A DNA stretch of 64,000 nt from an uncultured Anaerolineae bacterium (GCA_903908605.1 CAIVSQ010000264.1:494-64493); one strand, 5' to 3'. Positions 24,610 to 35,945 are shown, counted from the first letter of the stretch. The notes: generated from the letters alone by a model not told the origin. A program made the numbers and translations.

Positions 24610-26403
24610 TTACCTGGCACCTTTGCGACCGAATTGTCTTTCCAGCATGTCAACCGATAGGTGAATCATCGTTGGGCGCCCGTGAGGGCATGTACGCGGT
24701 GAGTTGCAATTTTCGAGGTCTGTCAACAAGGCACGCTGTTCTTCTGAAGACAGGCTTTTACCGGCTTTCACCGCCATACGTTTGCACACACGCGCCGCAA
24801 TTTTTGATTCGATTTCGTTTTGCAACGGAGTTTCATCTTCTTCAAAATCTTCCACCAGCGCGTGTAGGGCGTTGGCTGGGTCGGTATTGGCAAAAATAGC
24901 AGGCATGGCACGCACTTGGAAGGTGTTTGGGCCGAAGGCTTCGACATGAAAGCCGAAGTGCTCAAGAATGGGGATTTGTTCCTCAAGAATTTTTGCGCTG
25001 ACAGGTGGTACTTGTACAACCTGGGGGGTTAACAGGCTTTGGGCTGGGATATTCTTCTGCTCGTGTTGAGCCATTAATTTTTCGAATAAAACCCGTTCAT
25101 GTGCGGCGTGCTGGTCGATCAAGTACAGCCCATCCGGCCCTTCGGCAATCAGGTAGGTCGAGCCGATCTGTCCTATCAAGCGCATGATTGGCAGATGCAG
25201 CCTGGCTGCGAGTTGATTTTCCTCAGGCTGGGCTGCTGGGGTTTCAACTGGTGTGCTCTCAAAATCATCATGCGCCAGGGCCCATTCCAGGCCAATTGTG
25301 CTGCTGGTTGGACCCTGCGACTGAGGTGTTTTCTCGTTGGAGAAAGCGGCCCAGCCACCAGCTGATGACGAGTTTCCTCCCCAAGGCTGCTGGGTGGATG
25401 GCAGTGCCGGCACAGGTGAATAGGCCAGCAGTGCTCGCCGCGCAGACCGCTGCACAAAGCTAAAAACGCGGTCCTGGTTTTTAAAGCGGACTTCAGCTTT
25501 GGCCGGGTGTACATTCACATCCACTTCTGATGGATCAATCTCCAGGAAAAGCGCAGCCATTGGGTAACGGCCAACCATAAGCAGGGTGTGGTAAGACTGT
25601 AGCAAGGCCTGAGTGAGTGGGGTGTCTGACACCCAGCGGCCGTTTATAAAAAAGGTGATTTCTTTGCGATTTGATCGGGTCAGGGAGGCCGGGCTGATGT
25701 AACCGGTCAGGCTCATGCCTTCATCTTCGGCCAGTACTTCCAACATTTGCTTGGCTACTTCCACACCATACAAAGTGGCCAGGATCGTACGTCGGTCACC
25801 ATCGCCGGCGGTCTGCAGGCTGGGCGTTGAGCCGTCTATCAGCTTGAAACGTACAGCAGGGTAGGCCAGCGCGTAACGGGCCAGAAAGCCATCGATTGCC
25901 CGTCGTTCGGTCAGATCTTGTTTTAGAAATTTTAAACGCGCCGGCACATTGAAGAACAATTCTTCAACGCGGACTGTTGTACCAACTGGAGCGCCGATCG
26001 GCTCGATCCGGCCGGTGATGCCACCTTCCACGCGTACCCTTGCGCCGGCATCCGTGTTTTTTACACGGCTGGTGATTGAAAGGCGTGAGACTGAGCCAAT
26101 TGAGGCCAGCGCTTCACCCCGAAAGCCCAGTGTGTGAATTTGAAAGAGATCATTGGCGTTAATCAACTTGCTGGTGGCGTGGCGCTCCACGGCCAAGCTG
26201 AGTTCTCCGGCAGGAATTCCAGCCCCGTCATCGGCAATTTCAATCAGGCTGCGCCCGGCGTCCTGGATGGTGACTGTGATGGAACGCGCGCCTGCATCCA
26301 GGGCATTTTCAACCAGTTCTTTAACGACAGAGGCAGGACGTTCCACTACCTCTCCCGCGGCAATTTGGGAGGCAACTTCGGGGGCAAGCAGGTGAATTGG
26401 CAT
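24610..26403 (-). CDS. mutL: DNA mismatch repair protein MutL
   Basis: N-terminal GHKL ATPase signature IAAGEVVERPASVVKELVENALDAG. C-terminal dimerisation/endonuclease region with a CPHGRP motif. Confidence 0.9.
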   Translation of the reverse strand: MPIHLLAPEVASQIAAGEVVERPASVVKELVENALDAGARSITVTIQDAGRSLIEIADDGAGIPAGELSLAVERHATSKLINANDLFQIHTLGFRGEALASIGSVSRLSITSRVKNTDAGARVRVEGGITGRIEPIGAPVGTTVRVEELFFNVPARLKFLKQDLTERRAIDGFLARYALAYPAVRFKLIDGSTPSLQTAGDGDRRTILATLYGVEVAKQMLEVLAEDEGMSLTGYISPASLTRSNRKEITFFINGRWVSDTPLTQALLQSYHTLLMVGRYPMAALFLEIDPSEVDVNVHPAKAEVRFKNQDRVFSFVQRSARRALLAYSPVPALPSTQQPWGGNSSSAGGWAAFSNEKTPQSQGPTSSTIGLEWALAHDDFESTPVETPAAQPEENQLAARLHLPIMRLIGQIGSTYLIAEGPDGLYLIDQHAAHERVLFEKLMAQHEQKNIPAQSLLTPQVVQVPPVSAKILEEQIPILEHFGFHVEAFGPNTFQVRAMPAIFANTDPANALHALVEDFEEDETPLQNEIESKIAARVCKRMAVKAGKSLSSEEQRALLTDLENCNSPRTCPHGRPTMIHLSVDMLERQFGRKGAR

Positions 26404-26451
26404 GTGTCGATTATAACCCGGGCGGATATAATGTATGCTATGGAGGTGCTT

Positions 26452-27525
26452 ATGAAATATACATTAATTTTATTGGTAGTGTGCCTGATGGCATCCTGCG
26501 CCCCCGCTCCGGTGGCGCCCGCACCAGTCCCGGCTACGTCGATCCCAGTCAAGGCGACAGCCAGGCCAACTGTCACGCCTTTCCCCAGTCCAACCCGCGC
26601 GCCAACCTGGACGCCAGAGCCAAGCGCGACGCCCTCAGGCCTAATCTTCACACCCGATCCGCTTGATGCTTATACTATTTCTGCGCTACGCATCCGGCAG
26701 TATGGTGGCGGACAGCTTGAGAACCTGGGTGAAATGCAGAAATTTGAACGTTTTACTCGCTATTCAATTCGTTACCCAAGTGATGGCTTAAATATCGCCG
26801 GGTTCGTCAACATTCCGCGGGGTGACGGTCCATTCCCGATTATTGTGGCCTTGCACGGTTATGTCAATCCGGCCCAATACGATACGCTTGACTACACCAC
26901 CCCCGCTGCAGACGAAATGGCTGCCAATGGGTATATTGTCCTGCATCCAAATTACAGGAATTTTCCCCCATCCGATGCAGGTGATAATCTCTTTCGGGTT
27001 GGGTATACGATCGACGTCTTGAACCTGATTGCCCTGGTACGCGAAAGTGCGGGTAAGCCCGGTCTTTTTGAAAAGGCCAATGGGTCAAAAATTGGCTTGT
27101 GGGGTCACAGTATGGGTGGCGCGATTGCTCTCAAGGTGGCTGTGATTAACCCGGCAATCAAAGCGGTTTTATTATATGCAAGCATGAGTGGTGACGAACA
27201 AAAAAACTCCAATTACTTTAACGATCTATTGGGAAACGAAACCACTAAAAAAGAGGTGAGTTCCAGCCCGCAGCAATTTGCCGCGCTTTCGCCCGATAAT
27301 TATTACCAGTCCCTGGATTTAGCGATCCAGATCCATCATGGCGGGAATGATACAGAAATTCCTGCTTCCTGGGCCAAGGAAACCTGTCAGAAATTAAAGG
27401 ATATCAACCGGCAGGTATCTTGTTTCATCTATGATGGAGCAGGGCATACCTTCCGCACTAAATTTCTGGAATTGTATTCCCCCCGCCTGCTTACTTTTTT
27501 TGCAGACTATCTGAAAAAGAAATAA
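26452..27525 (+). CDS. Secreted alpha/beta-hydrolase lipoprotein (S9 prolyl oligopeptidase / dienelactone hydrolase-like)
   Basis: GGAGGTG RBS, then ATG at 26452. MKYTLILLVVCLMASC gives a lipobox, followed by a Pro/Ala/Thr linker. The nucleophile elbow is GHSMGG and there is a C-terminal GAGH motif. The track ORF start at 26134 lies antisense inside mutL and is rejected. Confidence 0.75.
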   Translation: MKYTLILLVVCLMASCAPAPVAPAPVPATSIPVKATARPTVTPFPSPTRAPTWTPEPSATPSGLIFTPDPLDAYTISALRIRQYGGGQLENLGEMQKFERFTRYSIRYPSDGLNIAGFVNIPRGDGPFPIIVALHGYVNPAQYDTLDYTTPAADEMAANGYIVLHPNYRNFPPSDAGDNLFRVGYTIDVLNLIALVRESAGKPGLFEKANGSKIGLWGHSMGGAIALKVAVINPAIKAVLLYASMSGDEQKNSNYFNDLLGNETTKKEVSSSPQQFAALSPDNYYQSLDLAIQIHHGGNDTEIPASWAKETCQKLKDINRQVSCFIYDGAGHTFRTKFLELYSPRLLTFFADYLKKK

Positions 27526-27541
27526 TGGGATTACTATTCTT

Positions 27542-28171
27542 GTGAAAATTTCCACCATTTTTTTTGATCTGGATGATACACTTTACCCGTCCTCCAGCGG
27601 GTTGTCGCTAAAAATCAAGGAACGTATTGGCATTTATATGCAGGAACGTTTGAACATTCCTGCAGGAGAGATGCAGTCGCTGCGCAGGAAATACTTTGAG
27701 CAGTACGGTACCACCTTGCGCGGTTTACAGGCCAATTACAATATTGATATGCCTGATTTCCTGGCCTATGTGCATGACCTGCCTTTGCGTGAATACATCC
27801 AACCAAACCCGGCCTTGCACGCTGTGCTGCGGGATTTGCCAGTAAAGAAGCTTATCTTCACTAACGCCGATATTCACCATGCCCGGCGCGTGCTGCAAGT
27901 GTTGGAGCTGGAACAGTTTTTTGAGGGTATCGTAGATGTCGTGGCCCTGGAGCCATTCTGCAAGCCAATGCCCGAGTCGTTTGGCATTGCCCTGGCTGCA
28001 GCTGGTGAAACGGACCCGAGCCGCTGTGTGATGATCGACGATTTACCAAGAACCACCCGCGCTGCCCGCGACATCGGGCTCTTCTCAATCCTTTTTGGAC
28101 AACAAGAATCCAGCCCGGATGCGAATGCCACCCTATCGGAATGGTCTGGCCTGCCAGAACTGTTAATTTAA
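27542..28171 (+). CDS. HAD-superfamily hydrolase (pyrimidine 5'-nucleotidase-like, subfamily IA)
   Basis: Motif I FFDLDDTLY, motif II FTNA and a C-terminal DD motif (MIDDL). GTG start. Confidence 0.8.
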   Translation: MKISTIFFDLDDTLYPSSSGLSLKIKERIGIYMQERLNIPAGEMQSLRRKYFEQYGTTLRGLQANYNIDMPDFLAYVHDLPLREYIQPNPALHAVLRDLPVKKLIFTNADIHHARRVLQVLELEQFFEGIVDVVALEPFCKPMPESFGIALAAAGETDPSRCVMIDDLPRTTRAARDIGLFSILFGQQESSPDANATLSEWSGLPELLI

Positions 28172-28183
28172 GTCGGAGTAAAA

Positions 28184-28417
28184 ATGCATTCTGAAAGAAT
28201 TTGGATTGTCTTGGTTTTGCTGGGGGTTATCCTGATTGGTTCTAACTTGGTGATGTTAAGCATGGCGCGCGGTATGCGTGGTTTCAAGGTTGATATTTTT
28301 AAGAATTTCAAAGATGCCTCCCAACCCTGGAAAAAGGAAGATGAGGGTCTGGTCGAACTGAGCAAGCGTGTCAGCGAACTCAAGGCGAACAAAGACAGGG
28401 ATGAGCAAGAAAAGTAA
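28184..28417 (+). CDS. Small membrane protein, function unknown
   Basis: GGAG RBS, one TM segment (IWIVLVLLGVILIGSNLVML) and a charged C-terminus. Confidence 0.45.
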   Translation: MHSERIWIVLVLLGVILIGSNLVMLSMARGMRGFKVDIFKNFKDASQPWKKEDEGLVELSKRVSELKANKDRDEQEK

Positions 28418-28521
28418 GCCCGGGTGAGGTTCTTACACATTTCATATACACCGACCCATGCAATTTCATCAATTATTAATGCATGGGTGCTAAAAATGAT
28501 AAGAATATTTTGGAGGTACTA

Positions 28522-29781
28522 GTGAAAAAATTTCTGCAGATCTTCGTGATTGTAATTTTGTCCCTGTTTCTATTGGTAGGCACATTTGCTGGCGGGTATA
28601 TCGCCGGGCACATGACTGGCCAGTCCGTGCTGGGTCAGGTTCCCGTGATCGGGCAAATGCTGCCCAAACCGTTGGCTACCCCGCAGGGCGCCACCTCGGC
28701 CACGCCCGAGGATTTAAACACACTTTTCAAACCGTTTTGGGAAACCTGGAACCTGGTTCACACGCAATTTGTTGACCAACCAGTCGATGACCTGGCATTG
28801 ATGCGTGGCGCTATCAGCGGCATGTTAGGTGCATTGGGCGATCAGCACACGTCCTATATGGATCCATCCCAGTTCAAACAGGCCAATTCCAGCCTTTCTG
28901 GCGAATATGAAGGGATTGGTGCATACGTTGATACCACTGGTGAATTCCTGAAGGTCATCAGCCCCATCAGTCAATCCCCGGCTGAGAAAGCCGGTGTAAA
29001 GTCAGGTGACGTTATCATTGCGATTGATGGTGTCAGCATGGCTGGTATTCAACCCGAATTGGCTCGTCAGAAGGTTCTTGGCCCGGCTGGTAGCGTCGTG
29101 ACCCTGACCATGCAGCGCGAAGGACAGGATAAGCCCATCGATATCAAGATCACGCGGGCGAAGATCACCATCGCCAGTGTTGAAAGCAAGATGCTTGAGA
29201 ATGATATCGCTTACGTTAAATTGAATACCTTTGGTGATAGCACCACTTCTGAGTTGGTGGCACAGCTTAAAGATTTGTTGGCGAAAAACCCCAAAGGCCT
29301 GATCTTGGACCTGCGCAACAATGGCGGCGGTTATTTGCAAACGGCTGTGGAAGTTGCCTCGCAGTTTATCAAAGAAGGCGTGATCGTTTCAGAAAAATAT
29401 GGTGATGGTCGGCCCGTTGATAGCGCCAAGGCGATTGCAGGTGGTCTGGCCACCGATATCCCGATGGTCGTGCTTGTAAATGAAGGTGCCGCTTCGGCTT
29501 CTGAAATTGTCGCGGGCGCTGTGCAGGATTATGATCGCGGCAAATTGGTGGGTGTTACCACCTATGGCAAGGGCTCGGTCCAAATATGGACTCCCTTAAG
29601 CGATGAACAGGGCGCTGTACGTATCACCATTGCCAAGTGGCTGACCCCCAAAAACCGTACCATCCATAAGATTGGCCTGACCCCCGATGTGGTGGTTGAA
29701 ATGACCGAAGAAGATTACAAGGCAAATCGAGATCCACAATTGGATGCGGCTGTGAAAACTTTGCTGGAAATGGTTAAGTAA
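28522..29781 (+). CDS. S41 family C-terminal processing peptidase (PDZ-containing)
   Basis: GTG at 28522 lies 5 nt after GGAGG and gives an N-terminal membrane anchor. It has a PDZ segment (GDVIIAIDG) and the S41 motifs DLRNNGGG and ASASE. An upstream ATG at 28483 is also possible. Confidence 0.85.
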   Translation: MKKFLQIFVIVILSLFLLVGTFAGGYIAGHMTGQSVLGQVPVIGQMLPKPLATPQGATSATPEDLNTLFKPFWETWNLVHTQFVDQPVDDLALMRGAISGMLGALGDQHTSYMDPSQFKQANSSLSGEYEGIGAYVDTTGEFLKVISPISQSPAEKAGVKSGDVIIAIDGVSMAGIQPELARQKVLGPAGSVVTLTMQREGQDKPIDIKITRAKITIASVESKMLENDIAYVKLNTFGDSTTSELVAQLKDLLAKNPKGLILDLRNNGGGYLQTAVEVASQFIKEGVIVSEKYGDGRPVDSAKAIAGGLATDIPMVVLVNEGAASASEIVAGAVQDYDRGKLVGVTTYGKGSVQIWTPLSDEQGAVRITIAKWLTPKNRTIHKIGLTPDVVVEMTEEDYKANRDPQLDAAVKTLLEMVK

Positions 29782-29835
29782 CAACTTTTACCGTTGAAAA
29801 GCGTATATCTCTTCAACGAGAAAGGATAAAAAACG

Positions 29836-30525
29836 ATGTTCTTCAACACAGGTTACCTGATTTACATGATCCCGGCTTTTATTTTGATGGCCGCGACAAG
29901 TTGGTATGTGAAATCGGCTTATTCAAAATGGAGCCAGGTGCGCGCTCGTTCAGGAATGACGGGTGCCATGGCTGCCCAGCGCTTAATTGCTGCGAGTGGT
30001 TTATATGGTATTCAGATTCAACCGATTGCCGGTGAACTGACCGATAATTATGACCCGCGTACCAAAACGCTCAACCTGTCGCAGGGTGTAGCCAATAGTC
30101 CCTCTGTTGCCGCTTTGGCGATTGCTGCTCACGAGTTAGGCCATGCCATGCAGGACGCCGAGGATTACTTCCCGCTGCGCTTGCGCGCTGCCCTGGTTCC
30201 TGCAGTCAATATCGGTTCCAACCTTGGTTGGGTGCTGATCATGGTCGGCCTATTTATTGGAATTACGCAGCTTGCCTGGCTGGGCGTGATCGTTTTTTCG
30301 GCTGGTACAGTTTTCGCACTGGCTACTCTGCCGGTTGAGTTCGATGCTTCTGCACGTGCCCGGCGTTTGCTGGCAGATTCAGGCCTAATCTCGGGTGATG
30401 AAGCCAGTGGGGTTAGCAATGTACTAAATGCCGCCGCCCTGACTTATGTGGCAGCCCTGATTACTTCAGTTATGCAGCTTCTGTACTTTGTAAGCCTGGT
30501 TGGTGGTGGTAGACGACGGAGTTAA
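29836..30525 (+). CDS. YugP-like membrane zinc metallopeptidase
   Basis: HELGHA zincin motif and TM segments at both ends. The length and layout are typical of the Zn_peptidase_2 family. Confidence 0.8.
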   Translation: MFFNTGYLIYMIPAFILMAATSWYVKSAYSKWSQVRARSGMTGAMAAQRLIAASGLYGIQIQPIAGELTDNYDPRTKTLNLSQGVANSPSVAALAIAAHELGHAMQDAEDYFPLRLRAALVPAVNIGSNLGWVLIMVGLFIGITQLAWLGVIVFSAGTVFALATLPVEFDASARARRLLADSGLISGDEASGVSNVLNAAALTYVAALITSVMQLLYFVSLVGGGRRRS

Positions 30526-30649
30526 CTAAATTCAAGAAATTGTTTTTCCCAAGCCCTTCGGTATGCACGTGATGCTGGGGGGCTTGCTGTTTGATATAAT
30601 TCTTCCTGCATAGCTATTGCGCTGTCACTCACTGATTGTATCCAAGCCC

Positions 30650-31462
30650 ATGCCATCCAAACACCCACTCGCCATTCCCAAAAAGCCTCAAGGCATTGTC
30701 ACGCGCGGAAAAACCGCCCGCAACCGGCTGCGCCAGGTGGATAATTTCCTGCTGCTGTACGAGCCTGACATGATTACCCGCCCGGATGATTCTCTTTTTG
30801 TGGACCTGGGCTATGGTGCCGAGGCTTTCACCACCCTCGAGACAGCTGAGCGTTTTCGCCGTCTGAACCCCGGGCTGCGTATCCTGGGCGTGGAAATTGA
30901 GCCAGAACGCGTGGCTGCCGGGCTGCCGTATGCCGATGAGCGTACTTTCTTCCGGTTGGGGGGCTTTAACGTGCCGTTGCTGGCCGGGGAAAGTGTGCGT
31001 GGAATGCGTGCCTTCAACGTTCTCAGGCAGTACAGCGAGGCTGAAGTAACCCCGGCCTGGGAACAGATGGCGCGTTATGTTCAACCTGGTGGATTGTTGA
31101 TTGAGGGCACTTCCAACCCAACCGGCGCAATTTGGGCTGCCAACTTGTTGCGGCGGGTGCCCGAAGGCTGGCATAAGGAAGCCCTGGTTTTTTTCACCAA
31201 CTTTCACCTCGGTTTCGATCCTCTCGAATTCCAGACCATCTTACCGAAGAATTATATTCATCGCATGGTGCCAGGTGAACAAATTTTTGAATTCTTTAGT
31301 GCATGGAAGGCCGCCGTGGCTGAAACCAGTCCTGTGCAAACCTGGGGTCTGCGTCAATGGTTTGCCGCTTCTGCACACGCCCTTGCCCGGCGTGGTTACC
31401 GCATTAACTTGCGGCGCAAGTGGCTCTCAAAAGGATGGATGATTTGGGAGCAGCCTGCATGA
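30650..31462 (+). CDS. Putative class I SAM-dependent methyltransferase-like protein
   Basis: Glycine-rich motif-I-like VDLGYGAEA followed by ILGVEIE (acidic motif II). Weak assignment. Confidence 0.45.
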   Translation: MPSKHPLAIPKKPQGIVTRGKTARNRLRQVDNFLLLYEPDMITRPDDSLFVDLGYGAEAFTTLETAERFRRLNPGLRILGVEIEPERVAAGLPYADERTFFRLGGFNVPLLAGESVRGMRAFNVLRQYSEAEVTPAWEQMARYVQPGGLLIEGTSNPTGAIWAANLLRRVPEGWHKEALVFFTNFHLGFDPLEFQTILPKNYIHRMVPGEQIFEFFSAWKAAVAETSPVQTWGLRQWFAASAHALARRGYRINLRRKWLSKGWMIWEQPA

Positions 31463-31611
31463 ACTTCCTGGGGGGAAAATCACAAAATGTTAGGATGATT
31501 GTACACACGCATACATGACGCTTTACACTAGCATCTTTTTTCCGAAAGCGACATAATTACAAAATAGAGCAATCTTCCAATAATTGTCAAGTTCATTTCG
31601 AGGAGTAGTGA

Positions 31612-31854
31612 ATGGCCGTTAAAGGCTGGATCGAAGTTTCCGATTTGTACTGCAAGGGTTGCGAATTATGCATCAGTGCCTGTCCACAGGAGGTGCTCTC
31701 GCTGGACATGACCCGCCTGACGCCAAAAGGCTACCATCCCGCCTTTATCCACAAGGATGGCTGTACCGGTTGCGCCATATGTGCGGTCATCTGTCCTGAT
31801 GCAGCCATCACCGTGTATCGCGAAGTCAGTAAAGTTGCTGCCCCTGGGGCGTAG
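31612..31854 (+). CDS. 2-oxoacid:ferredoxin oxidoreductase delta subunit (2x[4Fe-4S] ferredoxin)
   Basis: CKGCELCISACP and CTGCAICAVICP. GAGGAG RBS. First gene of a delta-alpha-beta-gamma operon. Confidence 0.8.
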   Translation: MAVKGWIEVSDLYCKGCELCISACPQEVLSLDMTRLTPKGYHPAFIHKDGCTGCAICAVICPDAAITVYREVSKVAAPGA

Positions 31855-31915
31855 TATATCCATATACTACGCCCTTATCTTTTGATAGGGTTTTCTCTAG
31901 AGGAGACACTGTAAT

Positions 31916-33028
31916 ATGGCAAAAGAATTAATAAAAGGCAATGTTGCCATGGCTGAGGCTGCTGTGCGGGCTGGTTTGGAGGCGTACTTTGGCTACCCAA
32001 TAACACCTCAGACAGAGGTATTGGAACATTTAGCGCGTCGAATGCCGGAACTGGGTCGTACATTTGTGCAGGCGGAAAGTGAAGTTGCTGCCATCAATAT
32101 GGTCTATGGTGCGGCTTGTACAGGGGTGCGTGTGATGAGTTCCTCCTCCAGCCCGGGTATGTCGTTGATGCAAGAAGGGATCTCATATATCGCTGGGACA
32201 GAAATTCCGGCAGTGTTGATCAACGTAATGCGTGGTGGTCCTGGTTTGGGCAATATTGCCCCTGCTCAGAGTGACTATCATCAGGCTGTCTATGGTGGTG
32301 GCCATGGCGATTATCATCCGATTGTGTTGGCACCCTCGTCAGTCCAGGAAGCCATTGACCTGACGGTGTTGTCCTTTGACCTGGCGGAAAAATATCGTAA
32401 CCTGGTCTTCATTCTGGCCGATGGTTCAGTTGGGCAAATGATGGAACCCGCTGAGCTGCCTGAGATGCGTCCGGTGATCCGCAAGGATTGGGATTGGGCA
32501 GTGACTGGCAAAGGAAAACGCGAACGGCGGGTGCTCTCCTCGATTTACATTAACCCACTGGAAGAAGAGGTAGCCAACTACCGCATGCAGCAGACCTGGC
32601 AAACCATCCAGAAGAATGAAGTGCGCTTCAAAGAATATTACCTGGATGATGCAGAATATGTGGTGGTCGGTTTTGGCACCGCCGGCCGCATAGCCCTGTC
32701 TGCTGTGCGCACCATGCGTCAGGCTGGTGCCAAGGTGGGTCTGTTACGGCCGGTATCGCTCAGCCCGTACCCATTTGCCGCGCTGGATGAACTGGCCAAC
32801 AGGGTAAAAGCATTCCTGGTGGTCGAGATGAACCAGGGACAGATGCTGACCGATGTGCAGCTTGCTGTGCGTGGACGAGTTCCGGTTGAATTCTACGGCC
32901 GGCCGGGTGGTGTTGTGCCTTTCCCTGAGGAAATTTATCGCGAGTTGCAGCGGGTGATTTCCAGCAAGCTGAGTATTGTGATGGATCCGCGTGTGGCGTG
33001 GCTCGAACGCGTCATGGCCCGGGGCTAG
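31916..33028 (+). CDS. 2-oxoacid:ferredoxin oxidoreductase alpha subunit
   Basis: [14 protein letters not shown]...[10 protein letters not shown]-terminus typical of Kor/Vor/Por alpha subunits. Substrate specificity cannot be determined from the sequence. Confidence 0.85.
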   Translation: MAKELIKGNVAMAEAAVRAGLEAYFGYPITPQTEVLEHLARRMPELGRTFVQAESEVAAINMVYGAACTGVRVMSSSSSPGMSLMQEGISYIAGTEIPAVLINVMRGGPGLGNIAPAQSDYHQAVYGGGHGDYHPIVLAPSSVQEAIDLTVLSFDLAEKYRNLVFILADGSVGQMMEPAELPEMRPVIRKDWDWAVTGKGKRERRVLSSIYINPLEEEVANYRMQQTWQTIQKNEVRFKEYYLDDAEYVVVGFGTAGRIALSAVRTMRQAGAKVGLLRPVSLSPYPFAALDELANRVKAFLVVEMNQGQMLTDVQLAVRGRVPVEFYGRPGGVVPFPEEIYRELQRVISSKLSIVMDPRVAWLERVMARG

Positions 33029-33040
33029 AATGGAGAAGTT

Positions 33041-33820
33041 ATGCTCACGATTGTAAAACCCGAAAATATTGTTTATGAGCGTCCGCGTGCGTTTACTGAA
33101 ACATCCACGCATTACTGCCCTGGTTGTACGCATGGCCTTGCCCATCGACTGATCGCCGAGGTCCTCGATGAAATGAAATTGACCGAAAAGACCATTGGCG
33201 TTGCCCCGGTCGGCTGCGCTGTCTTCGCCTATAACTATTTCAACACAGATTTCGTAGAGGCCGCGCATGGTCGCGCGCCTGCCATGGCCACTGGCATCAA
33301 AAGAGTCATGCCCGATCGTTTTGTGTTTACCTACCAGGGCGATGGTGATCTTGCTTCCATTGGCATGGCAGAAATTATGCATGCCGCGGGTCGCGGCGAG
33401 AATATCACCGTGATTTTTATCAATAACGCCATCTACGGTATGACTGGTGGTCAAATGGCCCCCACCACACTGCCTGGACAGCGCACCACCTCATCTCCGC
33501 GTGGTCGTGATGTGGAGTTGCAGGGCTACCCGTTGCGCATGTCTGAGATGATCGGGAAAATGGATGGGGCCAGCTATGTGGTTCGCCGTTCCCTGCATGA
33601 CCCTGCCAACATTCGCAAGGCCAAAAAAGCCATTCGCACGGCTTTTGAAGCCCAGATGCACGGACTGGGTTTTTCGATGGTGGAATTGCTCTCCACCTGC
33701 CCGACAAACTGGGGGATCACCCCGGTTGAGTCGCTTAAATGGTTGGAGGAGCATATGATCCCGGTTTACCCGCTGGTTGATTGCAAGGTCAGCTCTGCGG
33801 TCGGTGATATGCGTTTTTAA
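33041..33820 (+). CDS. 2-oxoacid:ferredoxin oxidoreductase beta subunit (TPP-binding)
   Basis: YCPGCTHG cluster-ligand motif and GDGD...NN thiamine diphosphate motif. Confidence 0.85.
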   Translation: MLTIVKPENIVYERPRAFTETSTHYCPGCTHGLAHRLIAEVLDEMKLTEKTIGVAPVGCAVFAYNYFNTDFVEAAHGRAPAMATGIKRVMPDRFVFTYQGDGDLASIGMAEIMHAAGRGENITVIFINNAIYGMTGGQMAPTTLPGQRTTSSPRGRDVELQGYPLRMSEMIGKMDGASYVVRRSLHDPANIRKAKKAIRTAFEAQMHGLGFSMVELLSTCPTNWGITPVESLKWLEEHMIPVYPLVDCKVSSAVGDMRF

Positions 33821-33892
33821 TGAAAAATCCCCGGGTTTGATATCAGTCGACTTTGGCTGGTCAACCCATTGAATCGAAACTGAGAGGTAACA

Positions 33893-34462
33893 ATGCAAAA
33901 AGAAATCATGATCGCCGGGTTTGGCGGGCAGGGTGTGCTCTTTGCGGGCCAGGTATTGGCTTATGCGGCCATGGACCTGGGCATGGAAGTGACCTGGATT
34001 CCCTCTTATGGGCCTGAAATGCGCGGTGGGACGGCCAATTGTACCGTTGTGATCGCAACTGAAGAAATAGGCTCCCCGCTGGCCGAATTTCCCCCGGCTG
34101 GAATTGTGCTCAACCTGCCCTCCTACGATAAATATGAGCCCCTGATACGCAAGGATGGCGTGCTGGTGGTCAATTCATCAATGGTGGATCGTGGCGCGCG
34201 GCGGGAGGATATTCTCACCATATTTGTCCCAGCCAATGAGATCGCCGAGGAAATTGGAGATCGCAAACTAACCAACATGGTCGCGGTTGGTGCATTGATG
34301 GCTTGCCTGCCAGAAATTTCGCTTGAGGCGCTTAAGGCTGCCTTGAAAAACCATTTGCCAGCACGTCACCATGCCCTGTTACCCAGCAATTACATCGCAC
34401 TTGAACGTGGTTTTGCGGTTGCACGTCAGCAGGTTGGAATCGAAAACGGAGCAGCCCGCTAA
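33893..34462 (+). CDS. 2-oxoacid:ferredoxin oxidoreductase gamma subunit
   Basis: [18 protein letters not shown]-terminus characteristic of gamma subunits. Confidence 0.85.
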   Translation: MQKEIMIAGFGGQGVLFAGQVLAYAAMDLGMEVTWIPSYGPEMRGGTANCTVVIATEEIGSPLAEFPPAGIVLNLPSYDKYEPLIRKDGVLVVNSSMVDRGARREDILTIFVPANEIAEEIGDRKLTNMVAVGALMACLPEISLEALKAALKNHLPARHHALLPSNYIALERGFAVARQQVGIENGAAR

Positions 34463-34510
34463 ATTTGCCCGCCATATTATTTTTCTAAAAACCGAGATTA
34501 TAATGGAGTT

Positions 34511-35944
34511 GTGAAACACAACCACATTCTCAAATTTATATATATCCTTCTCCTGTTGGCCGCCCTGGTAATTCCACCGGCTGGAGAGCGGCAGGTTCAT
34601 GCGGCACGCCAGGAAGCGGTTACAGCTTTTGACTTGATCCTGGCGATGAACTCACTGCGGGTTGGTTTGGGCAACGTGGCTTTGATTGAAGATCCATTCG
34701 TTGACGCGTTGGCACAGTCCACGGCTGAATACATGGCTGCCAATCAAATGTCCGGGCATATTGGTAATATTTCTGGCCGTTTGACTGCCACAGGTTATGG
34801 CGGAGGGTCGCGGGTGTGGGCTACCGAAAATTTTGCAGTGGGGAATATGAGCATCGATGAGATCATGTTGGTTTGGGCAGATCCCGACCACATGTTGCCG
34901 GCGGTTATGCAGGCATACTGTCATGTCGGTGCCGGAACTGCCAAAGCGTCGAATGGGATGACCTATTACGTGCTGCAAGCTGCCTACTCAGACGGCAAAT
35001 TCTGTGGTCCCTATGCCCCGCCTGGAGGTAACAAAACTCCCAAGCCTGGTGACAATAACACCCCTCGTCCAGGAGATCCGACTGCCGCCGGCCCGTTTGT
35101 TTCGCAATATATTGTGCCTGTAAAAATGGTTACTCCAGACGCTGATGGGAGAATATTCCATGTAGTACAACCTGGTCAGACCTTCTGGGCTATTGCGATT
35201 GCTTATAAAATCACTATTAAGGATTTAAAAAGCTGGAACAACCTGGGGGAGGCGGCAGTCTTAAAATCAGGCCAGAAGCTTTTTATCCCTGGGAATAATA
35301 CAGCGGGTTATGCCACCCCAACCCAACCAGGGGCCATCCTGGTTGCCACCCCGGATGCAGACGGGCGGGTTGTGCATGTCGTGCAGACCTACCAGACGCT
35401 TACCACCATCTCCATCGCGTATGGCACAACCATTCAACGACTACTGAATCTAAATGGATTGCAGCTCGATACTCCGCTGCGTGTGGGTCAGAAACTATTA
35501 ATCAACCCGGGGAATCTTACTCCCAGCCCTACGCTCGCGCCTATTCAGCGCCTGACACCTGCCGACGATGGTCGTTATTATCATATCGTCCAGAGTGGGG
35601 AAACGCTTTCTTGGATTGCGACCAGGTATGACCTGAAGGTGTCTGACCTGATGGCCTGGAATGGTCTCTCTGCGGCATCCGTCATCATTCCGAAGCAGAA
35701 ACTGCTGCTGCAGGTCACCCCGCCTGCCACGGTTACTTTAACCCCGCTGCCGCCTAGCAATACCCCCTTGCCTACTACGACACCGGTGCCTACCGATACG
35801 TCCACCCCGGTCCAACCGACTGCTACGATCGTTCCTCAATCATCGGAACCGACCGTTAGCCTGACCTTTTTCCTTGGGGTTATTTTGCTGATGATCGTGC
35901 TAGGACTGGGTTTCTATTTCACTCAGGTTCGTAAAAAAGGTTGA
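34511..35944 (+). CDS. Secreted CAP/SCP-like domain protein with four LysM repeats and a C-terminal membrane anchor
   Basis: Signal peptide, then four repeats of the type YHVVQPGxTLxxIAxxYxxTIxDLxxWNxL. The C-terminal hydrophobic segment ends in RKKG. Confidence 0.75.
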   Translation: MKHNHILKFIYILLLLAALVIPPAGERQVHAARQEAVTAFDLILAMNSLRVGLGNVALIEDPFVDALAQSTAEYMAANQMSGHIGNISGRLTATGYGGGSRVWATENFAVGNMSIDEIMLVWADPDHMLPAVMQAYCHVGAGTAKASNGMTYYVLQAAYSDGKFCGPYAPPGGNKTPKPGDNNTPRPGDPTAAGPFVSQYIVPVKMVTPDADGRIFHVVQPGQTFWAIAIAYKITIKDLKSWNNLGEAAVLKSGQKLFIPGNNTAGYATPTQPGAILVATPDADGRVVHVVQTYQTLTTISIAYGTTIQRLLNLNGLQLDTPLRVGQKLLINPGNLTPSPTLAPIQRLTPADDGRYYHIVQSGETLSWIATRYDLKVSDLMAWNGLSAASVIIPKQKLLLQVTPPATVTLTPLPPSNTPLPTTTPVPTDTSTPVQPTATIVPQSSEPTVSLTFFLGVILLMIVLGLGFYFTQVRKKG

Positions 35945-35945
35945 T

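Noticed and set aside
26134-26451. A 106-codon N-terminal extension of the alpha/beta-hydrolase ORF (track ORF 26134-27525).
   Set aside because: The extension lies entirely antisense to the 5' part of mutL. A GGAGGTG RBS plus the ATG at 26452 gives a textbook lipoprotein signal peptide.
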